Origin: Pristiophorus japonicus
Taxonomy: Eukaryota
Reading direction: 5' to 3'
DNA length: 64,000 nucleotides
Assembly (NCBI RefSeq): GCF_044704955.1
Contig: NC_091986.1
Coordinates: forward strand, 190,278,001-190,342,000
The notes below the pieces were generated by a model. It had not been told where the DNA came from. It was given only the letters and a program-made list of their open reading frames with translations, and ran no database searches. Below are positions 48,553 through 61,880 of this stretch, piece by piece (the stretch's first letter is position 1; each line of letters opens with the position of its first letter). A program made the translations under genes and the position numbers.

Positions 48553-51500
48553 TATAAGAACATAAGAAATAGGAACAGGAGTAGGCCATACGGCCCCTCA
48601 AGCCTGCTCCGCCATTCAATAAGATCATGGCTGATCTGATCATGGACTCAGCTCCACTTCCCCGCCCGGTCCCCATAACCCCTTATCCCCTTATCATTTA
48701 AGAAACTGTCTATTTCTGTCTTAAATTTATTCAATGTCCCAGCTTCCACAGCTCGCTGAGGCAGCAAATTCCACAGATTTACAACCCTCTGAGAGAAGAA
48801 ATTTTTCCTCATCTCTGTTTTAAATGGACGGCCTCTTATTCTAAGATCATGCCCTCTAATTCTAGTCTCCCCCATCAGTGGAAACATCATCTCTGCATCC
48901 ACCTTGTCAAGCCCCCTCATAATATTATACGTTTCGATAAGATCACCTCTCATTCTTCTGGATTCCAATGAGTAGAGGCCCAACCTACTCAACCTTTCCT
49001 CAGATGTTAAACCCCCCATCCACGGAATCAACCTAGTGAACCTTCTCTGAACTGCCTCCAAAGCAAGTTTATCCTTTCGTAAATATGGAAAGCAAAACTG
49101 CACGAAGTATCCCATTTGTGGCCTCACCAATACCTTATATAGCTGTAGAAAGACTTCCCTGCTTTTATACTCCATCCCCTTTGTAATAGGCCTTCCTGAT
49201 CACTTGCTGTACCTGTATACTATCTGTTATGTCTTAGATAAAGAGTCAGACTAGACAAGCTCAAAGTAGGTGTGACCGTAGTCCTTTATTACAGATCTCA
49301 GAGTGCCTCTCCAGCCTTATATGCAGGTACTCCCAAGGGATTGTGGGATCCCATGGGACTCCAGGGATTAAGCCCTTTGGTGCTTAGACATGGTAATTAC
49401 AGGTGTACATACATAACAACACCCTCCCCCCCAAAGTCAATAGTGTAACTATTTACAATGCGAGTCGATCTGGGGCCTTCCTTTCCCTGGTTGATCATCT
49501 CAGTGAAAATGCTGGTGTTGGTGAGTCGTTTGTTGGGCCTTTGCTGAGCTGGTGTGCAGCTGGCCTTGCTATACAGCTGGGGGTGGTGAGCCTTGCTGGG
49601 CTGCTGCGGGTGATGGGTTCTGCTTCATGGTCAACCGCTGGGTTGGTTGCCACTTGTGTGTGTGTTGGAGGGTCGAAAAAGGTAGAGTCTATTGTGAATT
49701 TTTCTGGATCGTCCGTAAATCTGAGTTTGGTTTGGTCCAAGTGTTTTCTGCAGGTGAGTCCATTTGCGAGTTTGACCACAAACACCCTACTCCCCTCTTT
49801 GGCCAAAACAGTACCAGCAATTCACTTGGGATCTTGTCCATAGTTCAACACAAATACAGGATCATTTACTTCAATTTTGCGTGACACATTTGCGTGATCA
49901 TGATATGTATTCTGTTGAAGCTGCCTACTCTCTACCTGTTCATGTAGATCAGGGTGGACTAACGAGAGCCTTGACTTAAGTGCCCTTTTCATGAGCAGTT
50001 AAGCGGGAGGGATCCCGGTGAGCGAATGGGGTCTTGTGCAGTAACTAAGCAGGATTCGGGATAAGCGAGTCTGCAGTGAGCTTTCAGTTACCCTTTTCAA
50101 GCTCTGCTTGATTGTTCGAACTGCTCGTTCTGCCTGACCATTGGACGCTGGCTTAAACAGGGCAGACGTGACATGTTTGACCCCATTGCGGGTCATGAAT
50201 TCCTTGAATTTGGCACTGGTAAAGCACGGCCCATTGTCACTTACAAGGACATCAGGCAGGCCGTGCGTGGTAAACATGGCCCGTAGGCTTTCAATGATGG
50301 CAACGGACGTGCTTGCTGACATTATCACACATTCAATCCATTTGGAGTACGCATCTACAACTACTAAAAACATTTTTGCCAAGAATAGGCCTGCATAGTT
50401 GACATGAACCCTAGACCACGGTTTGGAGGGCCAAGACCATAAACTTAGTGGCACCTCCCTGGGTGCATTGCTTAACTGGGAACATGTATTACATTTGTGC
50501 ACACAGTACTCTAAGTCTGCATTGATACCGGGCCACCACACATGGGATCTGGCTATCACTTTCATCATTACAATGCCTGGGTGGGTACTATGGAGATCAC
50601 TAATGAAAGTGTCCCTGCTCTTTCTTGGCACAACTACCTGATTACCTCATAGGAGGCAGTCTTCCTGTATAGACATTTCATCTTTGCGCCGCTGGTATGG
50701 CTTTATTTCTTCCTGCATCTCTAAAGGGACACTAGATCAACTCCTGTGGAGCACACAGTTTTTTACTAAGAACAGTAAGGGATTCTGGTTCATCCAGGTT
50801 CTAATCTGTCAGGCGGTAACAGGTGATTGCTCACTCTCGAATGCTTCCATTATCATAACTAAATCTGCGGGCTGTGCCATCTCCATCCTGGTGGTGGGCA
50901 ATGGTAGCCTACTGAGAGCATCGGCACAGTTTTCTGTGCCTGGCCTGTGGCAGATGGCATAGTTGCATGCGGACAATGTGAGCGCCAATCTCGGGATGCG
51001 GGTCGATGCATTCGTATTTATCCCCTTATTTTCAGAAAAGAGGGATATCAGTGGCTTATGGCCAGTTTCCAATTCAAATTTGAGCCCGAACAGATATTGA
51101 TGCATTTTCTTTACTCCATAAACACACACTAACGCTTCTTTTTCAATCATACTGTAGGCCTTCTCGGCCTTAGACAGACTTCTGGATGCATAAGCAACCA
51201 ATTGCAATTTCCCAAATTCATTAGCTTGTTGCAACGCACACCCAACCCCGTACGACGACACATCACATGCTAGTACCAAAAGTTTACATGGATCGTACAA
51301 CACAAGCAATTTGTTTGAACATAACAGCTTTCTCAAAGGCATTTTCTTGGCTTTTACCCCATACCCATTCATCTCCCTTTTGCAGTAAAGAGTGCAGGGG
51401 TTCTAACAATGTGTTAAGACCCGGTAAGAAGTTACTAAAATAGTTCAGGAGTCCTAGAAGCGACCACAGCTCCATCACGCTCTGTGGTCTCGGTGCGTTA

Positions 51501-53812
51501 TTAATTGCCTCCGTCTTCGAATCGGTGGGCCTGATGCCGTCCGCCGTGATTCTTCTCCCCAGGAACTCCACTTCGGGCACCAGGAAAACGCACTTCGAGC
51601 ATTTTAGCCTGAGCCCCACCCGATTAAGCCGACTAAGAACCTCCTCCAGGTTCTGCAGGTGCTCGACGGTGTCCCGACCTGTAACCAAGATGTTGTCCTG
51701 CAAGACCACGGTGCACGGGACCAACTTCAGCAAGCTTTCCATGTTCCTCTGGAATATCGCCACGGCCAATCGAATCCCAAACAGGCATCTGTTGTAAACG
51801 AAGAGACCTTTGCACATGTTGATACAGGTGAGGCCTTTTGAAGATTCCTTCAGCTCCTGCGTCATGTAGGCCGAGGTCAAGTCCAGCTTCGTGAACGTTT
51901 TCCCTCCCGCCAGCGTCGCAAATAAATCATCTGCCTTTGGTAGCGGGTATTGATTCTGCAGCGAGAAACAATTGGTAGTTACTTTGTAATCACAACAGAT
52001 TCTGACGGTGCAGTCTCCCTTCAGGACTGGCCCACTCATTGAATTCGATCGGCAAAATTATGCCTTCTCATTGCAGCTCGATCTCCACCCCCTCTCTCAT
52101 CATGTAAGGTACCGCTCTTGTCTTGTGATAGATGGGTTGCGGCCCTGGAATCAAATGGATCTGCACTTTTGCTGCTTGGAACTTCCTGATGCCTGGTTTG
52201 AACAGCAAGGGAAACTTGCTTAGGACCTGGGCACATGGGATGTCGTCGACGGACGAAAGCGCTCGGACGTCGTCCCAGTTCCAGCGTATCTTTCCCAGCC
52301 AGCTCCTGCCGAACAGCATGGGGCCATCGCCCGGTACCACCCAGAGTGGTAAATCGTGCACCACTCCATCGCACTGCCAATTACGTGAATCAGTTCCTTT
52401 GTGTACATTCTAAGTCAGGACTGGCCTTGAAGCCTTGTTGCACCACAACTTTTCGAACGTCTTTTTACTCATTATGGACTGCGCCTGTGTCCAGCTCCAT
52501 GGATACCGGGAGTCCATTTAATTCAACCTTCAACATTATCGGGGGACACTTTGTGGTAAATGTGTGCACCCCATATACCTCTGTCTCCTCGGTCTGAGGC
52601 TCTAGTTCATCATGATCCACTGTGGATCTGTCCTCCTCTGCAACATAGTGGTTTGCAGGATTAGCAGGGTTTGCAGCTCACCTGCACATACGTTGCAGGT
52701 GTCCCATTGTTCCACAGCCCTTGCAAACGTATCCTTTGAAGCGGCATGAATGGAATCGATGATCACCCCCGCAGCGCCAACAAGGTGTTAATGGCCTTGT
52801 ATTCACCACCCTTGATGGTGGACTCTGAGTCATCTGCGGACGTGCAGCTACAGGCGTGTAAGTCCTACCCTGTACATTTCGATTCAAAAACAACGTTACT
52901 TTGTTCACAGTACTTGCAGCAGCACTAGTGTGCTGGGAAATGGTTTGGTATTGTCACTGGTGGAGATATATGCCTGGACTATCACTATGGCTTTACTCAA
53001 GGTTGGGGTCTCTGTAGCTTGTGAAGTATTACTTCATGGCCAATGCCAAGTACAAAGAAGTCCCTGAGCATGTGCTCCAAGTGTTCTTCAAATTTGCAAT
53101 GTCCTGCAAGGTGCCTTAGCTCAGTGACATAGCTCGCCACTTCCTGGCCTTCAGACCTTTTGTACATGTAGAACCAATACCTCGCCATCAGAACGCTTTC
53201 CTTCGGGTTTAGATGCTCCCGGACCAGTGTGCACAACTCATTGTATGACATGCCTGTGCATTTTGCTGGAGCGAGCAGGTTTTTCATGAGGCCATACGTT
53301 GATGCCCCGCAAACGGTGAGGAGGATCGCCCTTCGTTTGGCAGTGTTCGCTTCTCCTTCCAGCTCGTTGGCCAAGAAGTATTGGTCAAGTTGCTCCACGA
53401 AGGTTTCCCAATCATCTCCCTCCGAAAATTTCTCCAGGATACCCAGAGTTCTCTGCATCGTTGCGTTGGGGTTCGTTATCTGTATCTCATCACCAGTTGT
53501 TATGTCTTAGATAAAGAATCAGACTAGATACTGCAAGCTTAAAGTAGGTGTGACCGTAGTCCTTTATTACAGATCTCAGAGTGCCTCTCCAGCCTGTGAG
53601 GCCTCCTTATATACCAGATGCTCCCAAGGGATTGTGGGATCCCTTAGGACTCCAGGGGATAAGCCCGCTAGTGGTTAGACATGGTAATTACAGGTTTATA
53701 TACATAACACTCCTTTTGTGTTTCATGCACAAATATCCCCAGGTCCTGCTGTACTGCGGCACTTTGCAATCTTTCTCCATTTAAATAATAACTTGCTCTT
53801 TGATTTTTTTCT
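48553..53812 (-). mobile_element. CR1 LINE 3' fragment split by the Gypsy element (48553-49224 plus 53710-53812)
   Basis: ORF 48648-49175; CR1 sequence resumes 'ccttttgtgtttcatgcac' after the LTR. Confidence 0.88.
49225..53709 (-). mobile_element. Full-length decayed Gypsy/Ty3 element; LTRs 49225-49418 (3') and 53498-53709 (5')
   Basis: Both LTRs run TGTTATGT...ACATAACA. PBS-like tggtgatgag, polypurine tract, gag (CWRCGGDHRFHSC), RT, RNase H and integrase (HPGIVMMKVIARSHVWW, SDNGPCF, SNGQAER), with frameshifts. Confidence 0.95.
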
Positions 53813-54272
53813 GGCACAAAATGGAAACTGACGGGAATTTTTCAGAAACTTAGCACCGAGCGTTACTTTCCCCATATGCGTAATGCCGGGAAAAAATAAT
53901 ACCGCCCGCCCACTTTTTTGGGACGGAATCATCAGAATGGGCGAAATCAACGCCCATAATATTGCCCAGCATTACTTTCCGCACAGAATTAATGCCGAGA
54001 TTCAATAATACCACCCATCCATTTTTTTGTCATAAAAAGCACATTTGGAAAAACTAACGCCCAGGAGATCACCCACTGTCACTTTCACCACCTCGCACAC
54101 ATATCGCCCACAATATCGCTCGCTCAAAAAACCGCCCCGGAAAAAGTGGAACTGTTCTGAACTAAAGCCAGCAGTGTGGCTGCCATTTTTTAAATCGCAG
54201 GTCGCTTCATTCAAAAGGCTGCTTCAATTTCGGGGGAGTTTGGATTGACTCTGGAGTTTCTTCTCAGATGAA

Positions 54273-55453
54273 GTGACCATCTCAACAGACATATTTTCAG
54301 ACTCTGGACTATTGAGGGTTTACTGTAGGTGTATTTTAGTGAGGAAATTATTGCTTCTGATCAATCGCTATTATACTTTCATTGCAATAGGGTCAGCCAT
54401 TTATCAGTCTGCATTGATTAATAAGCAGATGCTGCAGAGTGCAGATGGCTCAATGTGTGATGCATATCATTATATGCCCAATTTAAGGCATGCAAGAATG
54501 AAGAGGAGGGCTAGATCATACACACCTTGCATGTACAGGGAACAGAGGTCTTACCTCGACGTGTCCGACCACACCTGCCTTCGGAGACTGCACTTCCACA
54601 AGGTGGTGATCAATGAAATATGTGAGCTCATCAGGCTACATATGCAGCCTGCCATCAAGACATCAGTGTCGGTCGAGGTCAAGGTCACCGCGACACTGTC
54701 TTTCTACGCGTCTGGTTCCTTTCGGGCCTCCGCAGTCGAGATTTGCCCTCTGTCTCACCATGCCACCCATCGCTGCATTAGACAGATCACGGAGGCCTTG
54801 TACAAGCGAAGGATGGACTTTATCAGCTTCCCCATGACCACGGAGGTTCAGACTGACGGGGCTGGAACATTGCTAAGTTCCCCAGGGTGCAGGGAGCAAT
54901 ATAGTGCACTCACATCGCCATGCGGCCACCTTCTCAGGACCCGGAGTTTTTTCGTAACAGCAAAGAATTTCACTCCCTGAAGGTTCAACCATTTGTCGAC
55001 CACAACCAGATGATAATGGCAGTGAATGCCAAATGTCCGGCCAGCTTCGATGAGGCTCACATCCTGCGTGAGAGCGCTGTATCTGACATCTTTAACAGTA
55101 AGCCACAAGGACAATGCTGGATGCTTGGTGATAACCGATATGGCCTAGCCACCTGGCTGATGACCCCCCTGCATTACACCCACACCGAGGCCGAGAAGTG
55201 ATACAACCAGAGCCACAGAAACACAGGCAATGTGGTCCACAAAAGAATAACTGTGCTTAAGCAGCGCTTCAGATGTCTAGACCACTCAGGAGGGGAGCTA
55301 CAATACAACCCTGAGCAAGTAGGTAAATTTGTGGTCATGTGCTCCATGCTGCACAACCTGGTGATCAGGAGGGGCCAAGAATTGCCAGAAGGCACTGATG
55401 CTCCACCTCAGGAGAGAGAGGAAGAGGATGACAAGAGGCTGGATGCTGACTGA
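54273..55453 (+). pseudogene. Harbinger DDE nuclease (HARBI1-like) pseudogene
   Basis: CLRRLHF..VINEICELI, VKVTATLSFYASGSF, FPRVQGAI*CTH (catalytic Asp codon is TAG at 54902), WMLGDNRYGLATWLMTP, LKQRFRCL, CSMLHN. Frameshift and stops present. Confidence 0.9.
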
Positions 55454-55761
55454 GGGCCAGACAATCAGGCTGGCTACGCAACCATGCCCACGACCCCCTC
55501 CAGACTGCAGGAAAGGGCCCGTGGTGGCTACATAGCTGCAAGATTCTTACAGCTGATATCTGAATTATTTGCCTGCAAGAACGTTGATGTGAGTGACAAT
55601 GCTGACACACTGCTCTGTGTGCAGCTCAGACATCAATGGTGGCCATCACCTTGGTGCCAGTTAAAGTTGATTGGCGTTAAGTTTTATTTAACCCTTTCAT
55701 GTTAAGGAATCACCAGTATGTAACAGTCCAGCTATCTGAGACAATGCGCAACAAGGTTATA

Positions 55762-58700
55762 GAAACATAGAAAAATAGGTGCAGGAGTAGGCCATTAGGC
55801 CCTTCGAGCCTGCAGCGCCATTCAGTAAGATCATGGCTGATCATTTCTTCAGTACCCTTTTCCTGCTTTCTCTCCATACCCATTGATCCCCTTAACCGTA
55901 AGAGCCATATCTAACTCCCTCTTGAATATATCCAGTGAACTGGCATCAACAACTCTCTGCGGCAGTGAATTCCACAGGTTAACAACTCTCTGAGTGAAGA
56001 AGTTTCTCCTCATCTCAGTCCTAAATGGCCTACCCCTTATCCTAAGACTATGTCCCCTGGTTCTGGACTTCCCCAACATCGGAAACATTCTTCCCGCCTC
56101 TAACCTGTCCAGTCCCGTCAGAATCTTATACGTTTCTATGAGATCCCCTCTCATTCTTCTAAACTCCAGCGAATAAAGGCCCAGTTGATCCAGTCTCTCC
56201 TCATATGACAGCCCAGCCATCCCTGGAATCAGTCTGGGGAACCTTCACTGCACTCCCTCAATAGCAAGAATGTCCTTCCTCAGACTAGGAGACCAAAACT
56301 GAACACAATATTCCAGGTGAGGCCTCACAAAGGCCCTGTACAACTGCAGTAAGACCTCCCTGCTTCTATATTCAAATCCCCTAGCTATGAAGGCCTTCAT
56401 ACCATTTACCTTCTTTACCGCCTGCTGTACCTGTGTGCCCACTTTCAGTGATGATGAACTATGACACCCAGGTCTCGTTGCACCTCCCCTTTTCCTAGTC
56501 TACCGCCATTCAGATAATATTCTGCCTTCGTGTTTTTGCCCCCAAAATGGATAACCTCACATTTTTCCACATTATACTGCATCTGCCATGCATTTGCCCA
56601 CTCACCTAACCTGCCTAAGTCACCCTGCAGCCTCTTAGCGTCCTCCTCACAGCTCACTCCGCCACCCAGGTTAGTGTCATCTGCAAACTTGGAGATATTA
56701 CACTCTATTCCTTCATCCAAATCGTTAATGGATATTGTAAAGAGCTGGGGTCCCAGCATTGAGCCCTGCGGCACTTCACTAGTCACTGCCTGCCATTCTG
56801 AAAAGGACCCGTTTATCCCAACTCTCTGCTTCCTGTCTGCCAACCAGTTCCCTATCCACGTCAGTATATTACCCCCAATACCATGTGCTTTGATTTTGCA
56901 CAACAATCTCTTGTGCGGGACCTTGTCAAAAGCCTTCTGAAAGTCCAAATACACCACATTCACTGGTTCTCCCTTGTCCACTCTGCTAGTTACATCCTCA
57001 AAAAATTCCAGAAGATTCGTCAAGCATGATTTCCCTTTCATAAATCCATGCTGACTTGATCCGATCCTGCCACCGCTTTCCAAATGCGCTGCTATTTTGT
57101 CCTTCATGATCGATTCCAACATTTTCCCCACTATTGATGTCACGCTAACCGGTCTATAATTCCCTTTTTTCTCTCTCTCTCCTTTTTTTAAAAAGTGGGG
57201 TTACATTAGGTACCCTCCAGTACATAGGAACTGATCCCGAGTCTATAGAATGTTGGAAAATGACCACCATTGCATCCACTATTTCTAGGGCCACTTCCGT
57301 ATGTACTCTGGGATGCAGACTACCAGGCCCTGGTGATTTATCGGCCTTCAATCCCCTCAATTTCCCTAACACAATTTCCCGCCTAATAAGGATATCCTTC
57401 AGTTCCTCCTTCTCACGAGACCCACTGTCCCTAGTACCTTCAGAAGGTTATTTGTATCTTCCTTCGTGAAGGCAGAACCGAAGTATTGGTTCAATTTATC
57501 TGCCATTTCTTTGTTCCCCATTATAATTTCATCTGAATCCGACTGCAAGGGACCTACGTTTGTCTTTACTAATCTTTTTCTCTTCACATATTTATAGAAG
57601 CTTTTGCAGTCAGTTTTTATATTCCCTGCAAGCTTCCTCTCGTACTCTATTTTCCCCCTCTTAATTATACCCTTAGTCCTCCTCTGTTGAATTCTACATT
57701 TCTCCCAGTCCTCAGGTTTGTTGCTTTTTCTAACCAATTTATATGCCTCTTCCTTATCCTTAATTTCCTTTGTTAGCCATAGTTGAGCCACCTTCCCCAT
57801 TTTATTTTTACTCCAGACGGGGATGTGCATTTGCTGAAGTTCATCCATGTGATCTTTAAATGTTTGCCATTGCTTATCCACCGTCAACTCTTTTAGTATC
57901 GTTTGCCAGTCTATTCTTGCCAATTCACGCCTCATACCGTTGAAGTTACCTTTCCTTTAGTTCAGGACCCTAGTTTCCAAATTAACTTTGTCACTCTTAA
58001 TAAAGAATTCTACCATATTATGGTCACTTTTCCCAAGGGGCCTCGAACAAGATTGCTAATTAGTCCCTTCTCATTACACAATATCCATCTAGGATGGCCA
58101 GCTCCCTGGTTGGTTCCTCGACATATTAGTCTAGAAAACCATCCCTAATACACTCCAGGAAATCCTCCTCCACCGCATTGCTACTACTTAGGTTAGTCCA
58201 ATCAATGCGTAGATTAAAGTCGCCCATGATTACTGCTGTACCTTTATTGCACACATACCTTATTTCTTGTTTGATGCTGTCTCCAACCTCACTACGACTA
58301 TTTGTTGTACTATACACAACACCCACTAGCGTTTTCTGCCCTTTGGAATTCCGCAGCTCCACCCATACTGATTCCACATCATCCAGGCTAATGTCCTTCC
58401 TTACAATTGCATTGATTTCATCTTTAACCAGCAACGCCACTCCGCCTCCTTTTCCTTTCTGTCTATCCTTCCTAAATGCTGAATACCCTTGGATGTTGAG
58501 TTCCCAGCCTTGGTCCCCCTGGAGCCATGTCTCCGTGATGCCAATCACATCGTATCTGTTAACTGCTATCTGCGCAGTTAATTCATCCACCTTATTCCGA
58601 ATACTCCTTGCATTGAGGCACAGAGTCTTCAGGCTTGTTTTTTTTTAACACACTTTGCCCCTTTAGAATTTTGCTGTAATGTGGCCCTTTTTGTATTTTG

Positions 58701-59598
58701 CCTTGGGTTTCTTTGCCCTCCATTTTACTATTCTCCTTTCTATATTTTGCTTCTGCCTCCTTTTTATTTCCCTCTGTCTCCCTGCATAGGTTCCCATCCC
58801 CCTGCCATATTAATTTAACTCCTCCCCAACAGCACTAGCAAACACTACCGCTAGGATATTGGTTCCGGTCCTGCCCAGGTGCAGACCATTCGGTTTGTAC
58901 TGGTCCCATCTCCCCCAGAACCAGTTCCAATGTCCTAGGAATTTGAATCTCTCCCTTCTGCACCATTTCTCAAGCCACGTATTCATCTGAGCTATCCTGC
59001 GATTCCTACTCTGACTAGCACATGACACTGGTAGCAATCCTGAGATTACTACTTTTGAGGTCCTACTTTTTAATTTAGCTCCTAGCTCCCTAAATTTGCC
59101 TCGTAGGACCTCATCCCATTTTTTACCTATATCTTTGGTACCTATATGCACCACGACAACTGGCTGTTCACCCTCCCTTTTCAGAATGTCCTGCACCCGC
59201 TCCGAGACATCCTTGACCCTTGCACCAGGGAGGCAACACACCATCCTGGAGTCTCGGTTGCGGCCGCAGAAACGCCTATCTATTCCCCTTACAATTGAAT
59301 CCCCTATCACTATTGCTCTACCACTCTTTTGCCTGCCGTCCTGTGCAGCAGAGACAGCCATGGTGCCATGAACTTGGCTGCTGCTGCTCCCCCCTGATGA
59401 GTCATCCCCCTCAACAGTACTCAAAGTGGTGTATCTGTTTTGCAGGGAGATGACCGCAGGGGATCCCTGCACTACCTTCCTTGCACTGCTCTTCCTGTTG
59501 GTCTTCCATTCCCTATCTGGCTGTGTACCCTTTACCTGCGGTAAGACCAACTCACTAAATGTGCTATTCACATCATTCTCAGCATCGTGCTTGCTCCA
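55762..59598 (-). mobile_element. Near full-length CR1 LINE: partial ORF1 (SGNH/GDSL esterase) plus ORF2 (APE endonuclease, RT)
   Basis: IVIGDSIVRG...VVVHIGTKD...GLHL; ITETWL, MGDFN, RT motifs; gttata duplicated at 55756-55761 and 59599-59604. Confidence 0.95.
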
Positions 59599-59849
59599 GT
59601 TATATTCAATAAAAAAACTTTTATACCAACATTGGTCTGAAATCATAAGTATCACAGGCAAAAACACCAACACCCGCCCACACCCCATTTTTTCCACCGT
59701 TGACATCAATCAAATGTTCAACATGTCCAGCAACACAGAATACAAAGGCAAAACAGGTGGGTGGTCCCCTCCCCCCATACATTACAACAAATTGCATTCA
59801 CCCAGATGGAGATATAACACAGCCATCACCTGCGGACAAGCACCTCACT

Positions 59850-61669
59850 TTTCTTCCCCCTTCCCCTTCTTCTCCCCATCTCTATGCCTTCCTCTCCTTG
59901 CTCCATGGTGCCTGGCCGAGAAGCTCCTCAGGTGGTGCCCCATTGGGGGGAGGGGGATTAAGGCAGAAGCGGTGGTTTCACGGGTATGGGAGCGGTGGGT
60001 GCCGAGGGGGAATATTCTCTGATGCAGAAGCAGGATCTTGGTCCTGCCTCTCATCTTTCGTTCGCAGTGGTGGTGCGAAACCTAGGTTTGGAGTGCCGCT
60101 CTCTGAGACCACTGAGAGGCCTGTGGCAGCAGTATTCCTGGCTATCGTATCCAGGGCCTCCGTCATCCGCGGAAAGTACTCAGTCATGGTGGCCAGCTCT
60201 CGGGATATGCCCCCCCAATGCTTGAATGAGCTGGTCACCAATGTCTACAGTCCTTCTGGACAGCTGTACCATCTCTCCGCTCTCATGTGGTGCTCGTAGA
60301 CCAGACCTACCACGTCCACGAGGCCTCCGCGGGGTCGGCGCCGTCCTGGGGACAAATGGGGTGCCCTGTGGTGAGGTGCTTGGGGCCGGTTCCTCCAGAG
60401 TGGAGGCGGGAATGACTGAAGGACCACTAGATGGCCTTGGGGTGGAATGGCTTCTGGAACGTGGCGATGCAGGTTCTTCGAAGTCCGCGCTCTCATCTGT
60501 GGAGAACAGACCCAGCGGATTGACGGGTGAGAATCGGAGCTCCTCAGCACCAGATGTAGGATCGTCTGGAGAGTCGGGCCCCACGCCCCCACCTTCTGGC
60601 CTCTGTGATCTTGCCTGGGGCCACGCTGCTGGCTGAGCTGCAAAACACAAATGAGGTTACTAGAGGAGAAGTGGTTGCTAGGGTCACAAGCTGAGTCCAG
60701 CACTACACACAGCATATGCACGACAAAAGCACTACCGCTATCAAAATCATCATAGTCATCACAGTTCATGACCATCAACACATTTGTACTGCAATGATTT
60801 TCATTAGGCCAGCATTATTTCTAGGACCATTTTACAAATCATCTATCATATATGATTGTTCGGATATGAGTGGGTGTGGCATCTATTGACTTTACATCAC
60901 GCAATGGTGTAAATTTTACTCATGTGGCATCACTTCAGGGTCTCTAAATGTTTCCTTGGCTGTCCGGGGGTGCTTCCCCACGAGTGCGAGCACCCGCTCC
61001 TCCATCTCAGTGATGTCGCTGGGGACTGGTGGCCCCCCCACCCGTTCGCCTCTGCATGGACCACATCGGCAATAGCTTCTTCTGTAAAAGATAACAGGAC
61101 GATATGGCATGAGATCATTGCGTGATATCATTGCTAGGTACGGTTACAGATACTGATACAACACAACCGACAGATATAGTCATGATTATTATGATAATTA
61201 TCATTCTTTACCGAAAGACGTGCGCTGTGACCACAGGCTTTGTTAACAACATTCCCGGTAAAAGTGAAAGACCTCACATCTGCTGATAGTCACGCATGAC
61301 TGTTACAAATCAAATTATACAAACACATATGTACATGTAAATAAATGTGATACTTACTCTTGCGGATCCCACAAGGTCGTTCCATCGTTTGTGGCATTGG
61401 TTGCCCTCACGCACCTCGTTGGTCGCTGACGAGACCACCTCTGCTATCTTGGTTCATATCTTCTGGTAGGCCTTTGGGGTGGGCTTCCCATGCCCTCCGT
61501 GTGTCAAATCACCCCAGAGTAACTCGACCTGCTGAAGGAGGGAGGTATTTGCCTCATCCAAGAATCTCCTCGCCCTTTTGTGTCCTCTAATGTTCTCCTC
61601 TCCCACCTCACTGCTCTCGCCAGTGTCAGTCTCCACAGCGGGCTGTGATGCCTCCTCCTCTCCTTTCAT
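59850..61669 (-). pseudogene. Harbinger Myb/SANT-like DNA-binding gene, three exons (61669-61358, 61081-60924, 60637-~59850), inactivated
   Basis: RARRFLDEANTSLL...WGDLTHGGHGKPTPKAYQKI*...QCHKRWNDL|gtaagt; homologous to the 33640 peptide. In-frame stop, G-run frameshift and mutated second donor. Confidence 0.82.
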
Positions 61670-61880
61670 TATAGGCCAAATTCAGGCAAATATGTGGCTG
61701 GTAACAGCTAACTTTTGTTTCCCTATTGGCTCTAAAGCTCTAAAGTCTCCCTCCTTCCTTCCAAAGCAGCCACACCACACCCACACACGCCTTCAGTCCC
61801 TCTCAGCTCTCTCTCTCTCTCTCTCTCTCTCCTCTTCTGCGCATGTCATGATGACCCTTGACCTCCTGAATTGCGGGAAT

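Larger units (their letters stand above)
48472..61880. mobile_element. Decayed two-gene PIF/Harbinger transposon in three pieces (~48472-48552, ~53813-55760, ~59600-61880)
   Basis: Left TIR gggctagattttcca (14/15 identical to the 33228 TIR); cgccca subterminal repeats; nuclease (+) and Myb gene (-) convergent. Right TIR not seen. Confidence 0.8.

Noticed and set aside
54273-55453. Domesticated host HARBI1 gene
   Set aside because: Catalytic Asp codon is a stop, with a frameshift and transposon context; this is a dead transposase.
59599-59709. Hydrophobic N-terminus on the CR1 esterase ORF (58810-59709), suggesting a secreted fusion protein
   Set aside because: Chance read-through from Harbinger 3' UTR sequence across the CR1 truncation point.
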